Source of the DNA: Paraphysomonas bandaiensis
Taxonomy: Eukaryota; Protista; Chrysophyceae
Direction of reading: 5' to 3'
Length of the DNA: 64,000 nucleotides
Assembly (NCBI GenBank): GCA_965644295.1
Contig: CBFFRP010000182.1
Span: 248,001 to 312,000 of the forward strand
Positions 21,689 to 33,760 of the stretch are shown here, piece after piece. Position 1 is the first letter of the stretch. Each line of letters opens with the position of its first letter. The position numbers were made by a program, and so were the translations under genes. The notes under the pieces are model-generated. The model saw nothing but the letters and a program-made list of their open reading frames with translations, made no database searches and was not told the DNA's origin.

Positions 21689-23190
21689 AATATATATTTC
21701 AGTTTCAGTACTATATTAGCTATTATATCATAATACGGTTAGCTATTATAATAGTTCTCATAATACGGTTAGCTACAATTGTATTCTTTGAGTAACGGTT
21801 GCAAATTCAAATATCTTAGAAACTACGAATTTAATTGCTCACAAACAGCAAAACTCAGCACAAGAAGATCCTGGCACCTGATGTGCCAGTGGAGAGCGTA
21901 TTTGTGGTACAATTCCCTATTCCTTAACCATATTTCATTTAAAGTACCTTGAATACTTACGATATTTCAGTGTCAAGCAATAAAGATAGAATATATATTC
22001 TTCTTTTCTGACTACAACGTAAATTGTTTACCACAACAAGAAACAGCAGTTACACACTGCGTGATCAATTCCACTATTGGAATAAGAATATATATTTCAG
22101 TTTCAGTACTATATTAGCTATTATATCATAATACGGTTAGCTACAATTGTATTCTTTGAGTAACGGTTGCAAATTCAAATATCTTAGAAACTACAAATTT
22201 AATTGCTCACAAACAGCAAAACTCAGCACAAGAAGATCCTGGCACCTGATGTGCCAGTGGAGAGCGTATTTGTGGTACAATTCCCTATTCCTTAACCATA
22301 TTTCATTTAAAGTACCTTGAATACTTACGATATTTCAGTGTCAAGCAATAAAGATAGCATATATATTCTTCTTTTCTGACTACAACGTAAATTGTTTACC
22401 ACAACAAGAAACAGCAGTTACACACTGCGTGATCAATTCCACTATTGGAATAAGAATATATATTTCAGTTTCAGTACTATATTAGCTATTATATCATAAT
22501 ACGGTTAGCTACAATTGTATTCTTTGAGTAACGGTTGCAAATTCAAATATCTTAGAAACTACAAATTTAATTGCTCACAAACAGCAAAACTCAGCACAAG
22601 AAGATCCTGGCACCTGATGTGCCAGTGGAGAGCGTATTTGTGGTACAATTCCCTATTCCTTAACCATATTTCATTTAAAGTACCTTGAATACTTACGATA
22701 TTTCAGTGTCAAGCAATAAAGATAGCATATATATTCTTCTTTTCTGACTACAACGTAAATTGTTTACCACAACAAGAAACAGCAGTTACACACTGCGTGA
22801 TCAATTCCACTATTGGAATAAGAATATATATTTCAGTTTCAGTACTATATTAGCTATTATATCATAATACGGTTAGCTACAATTGTATTCTTTGAGTAAC
22901 GGTTGCAAATTCAAATATCTTAGAAACTACAAATTTAATTGCTCACAAACAGCAAAACTCAGCACAAGAAGATCCTGGCACCTGATGTGCCAGTGGAGAG
23001 CGTATTTGTGGTACAATTCCCTATTCCTTAACCATATTTCATTTAAAGTACCTTGAATACTTACGATATTTCAGTGTCAAGCAATAAAGATAGCATATAT
23101 ATTCTTCTTTTCTGACTACAACGTAAATTGTTTACCACAACAAGAAACAGCAGTTACACACTGCGTGATCAATTCCACTATTGGAATAAG
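21689..23190. repeat. Tandem array of four ~368-bp units immediately 3' of family-X copy D
   Basis: The AATAAG of the GGAATAAG junction recurs at 22081, 22449, 22817 and 23185 (368-bp period). The first unit has an extra ~30-bp internal duplication. Confidence 0.95.
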
Positions 23191-23200
23191 CACCCAATGG

Positions 23201-23938
23201 CTATACAGGAGGAGTCGCGGGTATCCCGTGAGCCCGCATTCTATCTTCAAGCTCGGCTTCAACCACTTCCACCTCATGAGGCTTAAACACAATATGCTCG
23301 TGATCAAAAGAACCCACTCGTCTGCGAAGATGGGAACGCTTATACTCATCCGCATCGATACCATCATGCTCCATTATTCTTCGTTTAGCTCGTTTAGGAA
23401 CCCTACTCCTCAAATAATGTCCACGAGGTAGCACATGGTCAAGTTCCATGTCCCGGATAATGTCATCCATTGTCTTACCATCATAGTACTCTATCTTAGA
23501 GTTTCGAATACGAAGAATCTCATCTCGCATCCTGAGAAGCGCCTTGCTCCAAATAGCCATTAATATCATAATACCATTCTTTGATGGCAAGATTTCAGCT
23601 ACATCGAAGCGATCATCATTGGCCTTTACTCTTGATTCGGTGGATGGACGACAACATGCATTAACAAGGTCCGTCACTCTTTTCATAATTTTTTGCAAAG
23701 TTATCTGGTTGTTATCATGTTTACGAATTTCGTTTTGTGCTAAGTATTTCTTCGTGATACTCTCAGGAATAAAATGTTTCTTACATGTATGCGTTAGAAT
23801 TATTCGATTATCCTTCTTATCATGTCTGCAGAGACCAGCTTCGCTCCATTTCTGTGTTTTGATCTCAGTGTGGAGATTGTTAAAATGAGTGCACACGAGA
23901 TCGATGTCCTCATCATCTATATGATATATTTCGTCCAT
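23201..23938 (-). CDS. Family-X protein, copy D: single-domain form (245 aa)
   Basis: ATG-initiated intronless ORF consisting of exactly one family-X domain. Confidence 0.85.
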   Translation of the reverse strand: MDEIYHIDDEDIDLVCTHFNNLHTEIKTQKWSEAGLCRHDKKDNRIILTHTCKKHFIPESITKKYLAQNEIRKHDNNQITLQKIMKRVTDLVNACCRPSTESRVKANDDRFDVAEILPSKNGIMILMAIWSKALLRMRDEILRIRNSKIEYYDGKTMDDIIRDMELDHVLPRGHYLRSRVPKRAKRRIMEHDGIDADEYKRSHLRRRVGSFDHEHIVFKPHEVEVVEAELEDRMRAHGIPATPPV

Positions 23939-24361
23939 TTAGTTATGTGTATGTAGATATGTGTGTATGTAGATATGTGTGTATGTAGATTTGAGTGTAT
24001 GTGATAGTTGTTTGTTTGGAGCATCCATTTTTAGGATGGATCCGATCCTCTGTCCACTTTTTGGATACAAGTGAGATAGGCAGAGAGCCATGTGTAGAAA
24101 TTGTATGAGGAATATTTTAATACTGTTGGAAATACTGTGGTACTACGTATCACAACTGCTGCTCGTGATATATCGTTCTCATCCAATGGTTCCTGGTATA
24201 TGTCTTATCTTCATATATATGTACAGGAGATGTCTATATAGTGGACTTTAGTAACTAACTTCACTTCATCTTTGGGTAGAAGTGAATAGAATATTCATTT
24301 TCTATTGGCTACAAACCCGTAAAGTGTATCTTCCTTCTGTAAAAGTACTGAAACAAAGAAG

Positions 24362-27300
24362 ATGGTTAGAAAATCAAAACGTAAACATGTTGTACAAGCA
24401 TTTGAAAAGAGTGAGCATCCAGCTCCTGTAGATTTCAGTAAGTTCTCAACTATTGTTGAGGAAGGATCTGGAAGTAGTAATGGAGTTGTTGTATTGGGAA
24501 TCATTAAGTTGATTGCCTCATCACCATCTTTATCTCAACAGATACGTATTATTCAAGATAGTAAGAAAGTATTAAAGGTATTCATATCTACCCCCTCTAA
24601 CCCTTATATCTAACGATCACATGGTGTTTCTAATAGGAGGTAACCACTAGAGAGTACTGTGAAGATGATCGGGAAGAAAATATTGAGGTGAGTTGAGTGT
24701 TCGTATATATTAGGGGATAATAACGGTTCTATAAGGGCATCACACTACTCTTGCATGTGTTTCTAGAACCAAGCCATATGTGGCTCCGAAAGTACTTAGA
24801 GTGGATATCTGAGGCTATATGCAAATCACGATGCCTTCCACATCGAGAGTTACGAAACTGTATTCGCAATACATGTATGTCCGTACTTCACCAATGCGTC
24901 GAGTCCAGGGATTTTGAAAGCGGGTCCCTTGATCGATGCTTTGAATGGGTTTACACTTTTCAGTGGATGGTAAACCTCGACAAAGAGATTGCCTGGATGG
25001 ACGATATTACTTGTGAAGAAGGCACAGGGTACTGGGAGTCTGCTACCTGGCCGGCCGGCCGTGAACTCGGCGAAGGGGGCTTGCTCTTGTTCTTGCAAGC
25101 GATGACCCCTCTTGTAGTGCGTTGCTCCAAGACGGTGTGTGAATCTGGTGGTTCGGATACATTCGGGCAGCAGAGGAGCGCTGCAGAGGTACTGAGGTAC
25201 GCCGAATGTGTTGGAGAGAGTCTAAGAGTGTTGTCCGCGGCCCTGAAGCCTCGACGTGGGGCTATAATTCCCTCCCTGCCTCATCTCCCCAAAGAAAATG
25301 AAGATCCGTGGAAACAAGTGACAGATGTGATGCTCACGCATACTTGTCAGATGATTACCTCAGAAGCACTGAGCAAAGTAAGTCGAGTTATATAGATAAT
25401 TTTCTTGTCATTACTGCATCGAATTTGTGATGATTGTGAGTTTGTTTTCAGGATGCGCTTACATCAACTGCATTAGCCATTGTTAACATTCAGTGGTTAC
25501 TGCGTGAGCGCTTATGGGAATGTGCGCGTCGACGCTACCGCTACCTTTCTGTTGGTGGTGAGAGCCACTTAACTGTGGTTAACATTGACAAAACTTCAAG
25601 TTTTAGCGACATCGAGTGGCAAGATGCCTCCTCCTGCGCTGGTTTGCAATTGGTAGCACTTTTGGGGTTATTACAACAGCCACCTGCCGTCGATAGTCCG
25701 CGTGCAACTTTAAATGTGCTACTCAACCAATCGGCCTCACTTATACTGCCCTTCGCACTCGCAGTGGGAATATCTCCAGTCGTTGTTTCTGCTCTCGGAC
25801 CACAGACCTCAACTCTACCTCAACTCTCTCGCTGCGCACTTTTTCGCGCATGCCTGTCAGTATTCGATGCATCAGCTCTTATGTACTGCCCTATGCGCAA
25901 TAACTTTTCTAGCACCACTACCAGTCGGTCCATGAGAGACCTGCTGTCATTCCTGCAGCTATTAGGTGAGGCACAAAAGGAGTATGGAGAGGAGAAATCC
26001 CGCAGTGTTCACGAGGGGCTAAATGTTGAAGACCTCGAACAGATTGCTGCCCAATGTGTCACTGAGATTTCCTCCGCCAAGGATTGGATAGCAGTGGCCG
26101 GAGCTACCTCGACCCCTTTTTCCCTTGATGGTAACGAATACCATTCATCTGGCCTTCTATTTGGAGCAATGTTTGACATGACGGCCTCTCTCTGTTTCGA
26201 TAGTGTTACTCCCGCTGTGCGAGTATACGGACTACAGACCTTAGAAACTTGGCTCGGTCGGGTAGATGTAGACCATTACTCAAAAGTTGCTGCTGGTGGA
26301 GGGGTCACGAGTATGAGCGGTGTAGCTGAGAAGCTTCTCAGAGGGAATCTTGTTTCACGCCTTTGTATAGTTGATTTCCTACTCACGAAAGCTTGGAGTC
26401 ACCCATCGAAACTGGTAGGTGTGACATTCTGTCAATACTTCGTAACTCGTTTTCTTCAGGTAAATCACATGGTTCCAATGGCCTACCAAAGAGTGTTAGA
26501 TATTGCACACAAACTGGACACAGAAATCAAATCCAGAGATGCAGTGGGAATTCCTGACCATGACGATATATGGGGCCCATTTGTACGGAACGCACTCAGT
26601 CAGCCTGTTCAGTATAGGTATATAAGCTGTATGACACCTTGTTTCCTTCATGACAAGGTAAATTGTTTACAGGGGTCGGTACCAAGCTCTTTCATATTTG
26701 CTCCCGAAGGTGGGCGGCGAGCATCTGCTACAGCTACACCCCCAGGTATAATCATTGCATAGTGTATATTTAAACTTACACTTCTCTCTTTCAGATCTTT
26801 CGATCCCTTGTCATGTCGATGAGGGTCCGGGATGTGGCATCTGCAGTCGGCTCATTTATGGGTAGTCTTCTGAGATCTCTTCTGAAGGATAAATTACGCA
26901 AAATTAGCGACATCAGAAAGATGTATATACACCATGTTGCGTGTGGCCTTTGCTCACCGGAAGTAAAGCTAAGGTTTGTAGTCTGCGCTATGAGTGCTTC
27001 ATGTGAATGTTAATTTCAGAACCAATTGCGCGGATCATATTATTCCAGAGATCCTTTCTATTGACCTGGACAGCGGACCGATATTAATCAACGAAATAAG
27101 AGAATTGACGGCTGTTGATGATCAACCCGTGTCATCTATGAGCAAGCTGTGGGGTATTATATCCATTACATTGCATGCACGTCTCTTGTCCAAAAATGGC
27201 GCTGATATTGTTGAAACCAATGAAATAAAGAATACATCTCATGTGATGGAGAATAAGAAAGGGAACCGCAGTACCTCATGGCTTCCACTCACTGCAAGGG

Positions 27301-30300
27301 AACTGGAAAGCGCATGCTTATGGTAAATTATACTCGTTTGATATAATATACCTAACGTCTACATACAGCAATGACGTAGAAATCAGACTTACTGGTCTTA
27401 CCGTCCTCACCGCTTGTCAGGTATTTTCGAGTTTATGTTGAGTGTGTGAATATAACGTGCCTTAAATAGAGGACATTAGCTCCCATTCCACCGCTGGAAC
27501 TGAGGATTCTTCGTAAGACGCTTCCTTACAGTCTGAAGAGTCCTGTTGCAGACGTTCGTCAGAAAATCGTTAGAGTTTTGCGAACTCTGGTGACCAGGTA
27601 GAGGAGCTTCAAATTTCGTTAGTTTTTCTTTGAAATTCTCTATATGCAGACTGCGGGAATCGTATCGCACAAGTGTTAGAGATGGTAAGAAGTTATTGTC
27701 CCGAAGGCAGTATGATGCACGAGAAGCAGCAGGAGAGTCAACATCCGCTGCGTCCAGTTTTGATAATATGACTGGAACCGATTTGGTAATATTTATTCTT
27801 GCGGATACAAGTGCAAAAGAAGAGGAGACTGCATGTAGGATGATTATTACTGACTCAATTTTCGCTCTGATGCTGTAGTAGGCGCAGAAGTTATTAAGAA
27901 TGTCCTAAACACTCTTGAATGGCTTAGTCGAGTAATACTAGCTAATATTTACCCCGGTGCACCCAATGATAGAGAGGTGAAAAGTTTGTGGTGAACTAGT
28001 TCTTTAATGAGTGCTTATTTTGTACAGATAATGGCCCTAGAGATGCTCAGGTGTGTGTTTACCAGCATCACTGGTGAGTTGGGGACTGGTATCGCGAAGA
28101 AGACTAAAAACTCTCATGCTGCTGTTCCTCTTGACCCTGAACTCAATGCTGCTCTTCTGTCCATTTTTTGCACCGAGCAAATGACTTACAGTATTTTGAA
28201 TCTCCTTATATCGAGGTAAGTTTGGGCTTCTGAACGTGACTAGCGCATCATTACATCACCTGTAGTTGGGATCGCACAAGATCACTGGCTGCGGAGTTGT
28301 TGAATGCTCTACCCAAGCCATTGCCAGGTTATGAGACTCCAGAAAAGGTTACTTCTCTGTGGAGGTTGGGGTGCAAACTTGTTGGAAGTGCAAGGCAACG
28401 GGAGTCTGATTCAGGTAAGTAGGTCATGTATACTGCTTTTTTTTTTCTACGTCATATTACAAAACGCAGGTGCCTTAATTTTGAGGGTTGTTATGTCAAT
28501 TTTCTCCCTCCAACTGAATTGGGAAATCCAGCGTGATTCCACCACAGAGTACGATGAAAAGCTGGAGATGGATATCTCCGAGAGATATGGAATGGTGTGG
28601 CCGGCTAAATCTATAACTACACCCGTGTCAGAAAAAAATCCGTACAGTGGACGCAAGGAGTCTCTAGTGTTCATAGAGTCCCTCTGCGATATTCTTGATA
28701 GCCGCCTCTTTCACGTATCTAAATCTTTTGAGCTGCTTTGTGGCAACAAAGATGCGATATTGAGTGGTGCGTTTGTGATGCCTTCATCTTTAGCCCATGG
28801 TACAGTTTTAGCCATCCGGTACTGTATTGAAGATGCACATGCCAGCGGAATATTGCCGTCTGCTACTTCTAACGATGCTTGTCAAGGCAAGAGAAAAGGG
28901 AAATCTTCACGTGACACAATCCCACTTGTCGCTGATGATATGGCAGAACGATGGAAAGACGTCGTTAAAAGGACTCTACAGCTGTCGTTAGCATCACTAA
29001 AGGCCGCCATGCAAATAGTAGCAGATGCACCGGTTGACACTATGTTTGCTCCGATGCCATTTGATTGCAAGAGTTCTTCCAAGAAAGATACTAGAGGATA
29101 TGCATCCGACTCGTTTATGCTAAATACTAATGTTTTCATGGATCTCGATGTCGGCGCAGAAGGCGAGGGCGGGCCTGATGATGACAGTTTCGGCAAGAAA
29201 ATGCAGCATGCAGTTATTGGTGCATGGCTTCTTGTGAAAGAATCGTGTGCACTTATAGCGAAATTGGTTGAAATATCACCCGCTCCTTGTGAATCCGCGG
29301 GAAATGAGCACTCTGTGCTGCTCACTACAAATGAGATATCCAATGTTGGATCGGTTTTGCTAGATGCTCTAGCCCGATTGAAACATAATGGGGCAATAGC
29401 TGAAACTCAAACAGCCTTACAATCTGTCTGTCAGAGCGTTCTCAGGTAGTAAATAGATATTTTGGTCGAAGCAAGAATGATTTTTTGTTGTAGCTGCAGT
29501 AGCAGTCGCGCATTATCGCAACTGCCATCTATTTGGCTAGACTCCCTATTTGAGAGACTTCGTGGAGAACATCAGGTATTTTGCATACTTTACTGGAGTG
29601 AAGTATCACAATTTTGTCCAGGTGTTCATTCTTCGGCGATCAGCAGGATTTGCTTTTAGCTTTATATCCCTTCTCCGTTCCGAGCCAAAGAACTGTAAGC
29701 CGACTTTGCTCCCTTTAGCGATGCAGTTTTTGTTTGAGCATGCTTCCAAGGGCCTTGGGCAAGAAGATGGCAACGACGCTCTCGAGGGAAATGGTTGGAG
29801 ATCCGTTGTACATTCTCTTAATATTTTGCGGTGGGTTTACTAGTACTAAATGTGTGTTGCTTTCTAACCGCTCTTTGTAAAATAGTCTTATAATATTGGA
29901 CTCAACTCTCGGCCCTGACTTATTTCCGTACATACCTCAGACAACTAAGATTGCAGTGAAAGGGTTTAAATCCCCAATGTGGGCAATTCGAAACTCATCT
30001 ATGATGGTAAGCAGTACTACATTGCTCTAGTTTTTATTCTGCTCTTAGATGTGATCTTTTGCAGGTGTTTTCGGCTGTTGTGCAAAGGACAGTTGATAAC
30101 GACAAAAAGGAGTCCGGAGGAATGAGAGCAGCAACTCCAGCAGATTTCTTTCAGAGATACCCGTCTCTTTTTCCATTTGTGCTTAGTGGTGAGTATTTTT
30201 TCGTTTTCACTACTGGTGGTACTGCTGTGTTAACTCGGTCGTTTTCATTTGCAGAATTGTCAGATATTGTTCGTGCGAATCTGGAGATGGATAGCAGAGG

Positions 30301-33300
30301 CTGGCCTGTCAACATTTCTGTTGTTGTATCTACACGCCAGCCCCCAGAACAAACCCATCCTTCTCTTTATCCCCTACTCTTGATGCTGTCGAAGATGAGG
30401 TATATTTTGTCTAGCGTAACTTCACGGGTTTACGCACTATTGTCCATAGAACATCTACATTAGAGTCGTCTCCACCCGACGCATCGAATGCGCGGAAGGA
30501 CTCTGGTGGTGGAAGTGATATTTTGGAAAGTACTTTCACTGATGTGCAGTGTGATATTTCCTTATTCATTCCGCTGATACAAATGTGCTCGAGCCAGCAA
30601 TTATACCATGTATGCATTATAATTCAATGCTATAAGAGATATCTAATTTTCGCTACCATAGGTGCGGACGATGGCAGCGAAAGCACTTTCATCTCTTGTG
30701 CCTTTACAGCAGGTATTTTCTGGATGCTCTTAATTATCATGTAACGAAATTCAGGTTCCACTACAAGTGGCTTCTATTATGGAGAGATTGTCGAAGTCAT
30801 TTGTTGCTGTTAAGAAAAATGCAATCAGCAGGCGACGAGGGATTCACGGAGGAAATTGTGATGGCTTTTCGTCGAATATTTTGCACGGTATGCTTTTACA
30901 AGCCTATAATCTCACGTGGAATCTCCAAAGACTCATAGTTGGCGATTCAGCTGATATGGGGGATAATGAGGTATTGTTAGGGTTCTATACGTTATGATTC
31001 TAAACTCTAAACGCAGCTATATTTTTCTCGTATTGTCGATGACATATCGAAACTCGTCGTCCCACAGTTACTCCATCTACAGCAAGCAATGGTATCGTTT
31101 GCTGGATCCATGGAGAATGAGGGACTTGTTTTGAATGGTGTATCGTTAACGTTTCCTTATCCCCCTTCCGTCATACTTACATTTGAGCGACTTGTGAGGG
31201 TTGTGCACAAAATGGTACCGAACGAAATTACCACTGAACTTCTTGTGAAGGTCTGTGAGATGGGTATTGCGGAATTACTTGACGGGATGAATGTCAAAGT
31301 GGGTGCCGGGCACGACGTATTCTGTGTACCAATGTTACCTCTTCTGTGGAAAGAATGCCTTGAAGACCTCGTTGATGCTACGTTCTCTTATGTATTAAAC
31401 GGGAAGAATGGCATGGATTCGCATGCTGGTGTAGATAGCGACGAATCCCCTACCAAGCCATTGGCTGGGCTAGACATGATCCCGTTATGCCATCTTCTCT
31501 CTCTAGTAGATCACCCAATTAGTGAAGTACGAGAAGGGATACTACGTGGGTGCTTACGCGCTTTTAACACACTTACTTCTGGTATCAATACTTCACCAAG
31601 TGCACACACTATATGTGCTAAGGTTAGAGACTACATATATGCGTCACGAACTGGTACAGAAACGGAAGCAACGGCGGGGAATATTATCGATGTGCTATTA
31701 CGACGGTGTATGCAAGAAGCAGAGCCCCCGATTCTTGAAGTTACACTTGAATTGTTATCAAGGTACGTCACGTATTGTTTCATATGACTTGTTTTCATAT
31801 TGTATCGTTCCTTGTTTGCAGTATAACTCTGTGGGTTCCTTTTTCGGCTCTAGAAGACTTGCAAACGAAAGAGAATTGCCTTGATAGCGTATCTGTTCTG
31901 CTGCAGATAGCATGTGGAACATACTCTCCTGACACCATGTTGGACTTCTTGGACCCAACGGTGCACAGCTCTGCAACACTGGTCAGCTGTGTAGCAACGA
32001 ACGTGGAAAGAGAGGGTGATATTCGTGTTGCACCTACCACATCGGCATCGTTTGCCCTACAGGTATTGGGGTGGATGGTTCGCAGTTTTTTTACGATGTC
32101 ATTGTCTCTTGTCCAAGAGAAAAATTCCAATATGGCCGAAATTTTATCCACCAATGTGCCGCTGGGCAGATTACGTAATGAACAAGAATCTGTGCTTTCT
32201 AATAATCGCGACGAAAGATTGCCGTCTTGCGGAAGCGATACTGAGGCAATTGGTAGTGCAGCCGATGATGTGGTTTGTAGCAGTAACCATGTGTGGTCTT
32301 GGTTGAGACTGATGGAGTTGGCGGGAGCTGGGGAAGGAGCAGAACTAGATGCACGCGGTGCTGCTGCACGCTGTTTGTCGACATCTGGTGCACTTCAATG
32401 GGCTGCATTTAATTCTGTTCTGGGCACTCAGCGTATAAACGATATTGACGACTCCTGCTTTGGTAGCAGCGATTTTTCATGTCGGGTGTGGATACTTGCG
32501 CTCCACTTGATGCAGGTATATGTCATAGAGCTCATATCGTGTGGGTGATCATATGTTCGTAGGACGACGATTCAGACATACGCTGCTGGGTGAATTCTGC
32601 TGTCAGCGAAGCTATTGACCTTGTTTTCAAACTTCAGCCTTCACTGCGATACGTGAAAAACATTCAACTGGGAACCTTACCGTGTAGCAGTCAGACTATA
32701 TCAGAACTTATAGCTTTCAGTGAAATGAATAACGAGTCACAGGCAGATAATTACAGAGTAGTTGATATATATGAAGATGCGTACTCGTGCGGCGCCGTAG
32801 AAATCGAATTTGATAGTGTTCAGGGGCTTGCTCTTGAGCGCCTCACGATTCCTCTATCTCTAGCAATCACGTGGTCGCTCCTGTTAACCCAAGTTAAGAG
32901 CGATGACGACGTGCTGCGTTCGGATAGAAGTGTCGATGAGTTGCTCACTATAAGAAGTGGTGGTATATTGCCTGTGTGCCTGAGTGGAGTGGTTGCAGCA
33001 TGGACCGAGACTTGTGGTGTATTCTCCACAGCCACATTGGTTTGTGAATCCGAACAGCGTATTGTACAGAGTTTAGACGTTCCGGAAAAGGTATTGATGC
33101 ACTTTGTTTTTGTAATATTCTGACCTTCTTATGTAGATATTTGAGGCGGATCAGTCGAATCTTTTCGAGGAGCGCGTTGTACAATCGAATGCGTTGTCCT
33201 TAGCAATGTCTCTTTCGGTGAGTCTACTCCCAATTCACCGAACTTCTACAGTCTGGGCGACGATATTCCGAACTGCCTTATGTGCTATGAAGGTCATTGA

Positions 33301-33760
33301 ATGTACCACTTCTGATGATGAGAACAGCACGGTAGCCTCACCAGGAGGTTGGATTGGAGGTTTTACGTACTACTCGGATCAGTTTCTAGACTTTCATTGC
33401 GCTCTCTCTGGTGCAGCATCGCTATGCAAGATCAGCAGGCAACGTGATTCACTGGATAATCTCAAACACCCTTCTTTTCGGACAAGAGAAAATGATATGT
33501 CAGAAAGAAGTGCTGTTAATGATTTTCATGCTGCAGTCTCATCTCTTCAAGATTACGCGCGACGTATTTTAACGCGTATATCCTTGAAATCTAACGCCCT
33601 TAATGTCAAAGAATCCAGTGAGTGTGGTGATACTACCCCATCGAACTGCAGTCAAAGTATGACTATACACCCCTTGATTATAAAAAATCTTGTTGATATT
33701 ATTGGTCCCACGGATACTAAAAAGCATGAAGCTCAGAGCAGTAGTTGTTTAGTTGTTTAG
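24362..33760 (+). CDS. THADA: THADA/Trm732-like tRNA 2'-O-methylation cofactor (ARM-repeat, DUF2428), multi-exon
   Basis: Consecutive exonic ORFs separated by short GT-AG introns. Diagnostic motifs AWLLVKE, LARLKHNGA, ILRRSAG.AF, VHSLNILR, GFKSPMWAIRNSS.MVFSA, FFQRYPSL and HPSLYPLLLMLS. Exon boundaries were not all resolved. Confidence 0.9.

Noticed and set aside
21689-23190. Possible CRISPR-like array
   Set aside because: Units are 368-bp near-identical tandem copies with no unique spacers; eukaryotic context and no cas genes.
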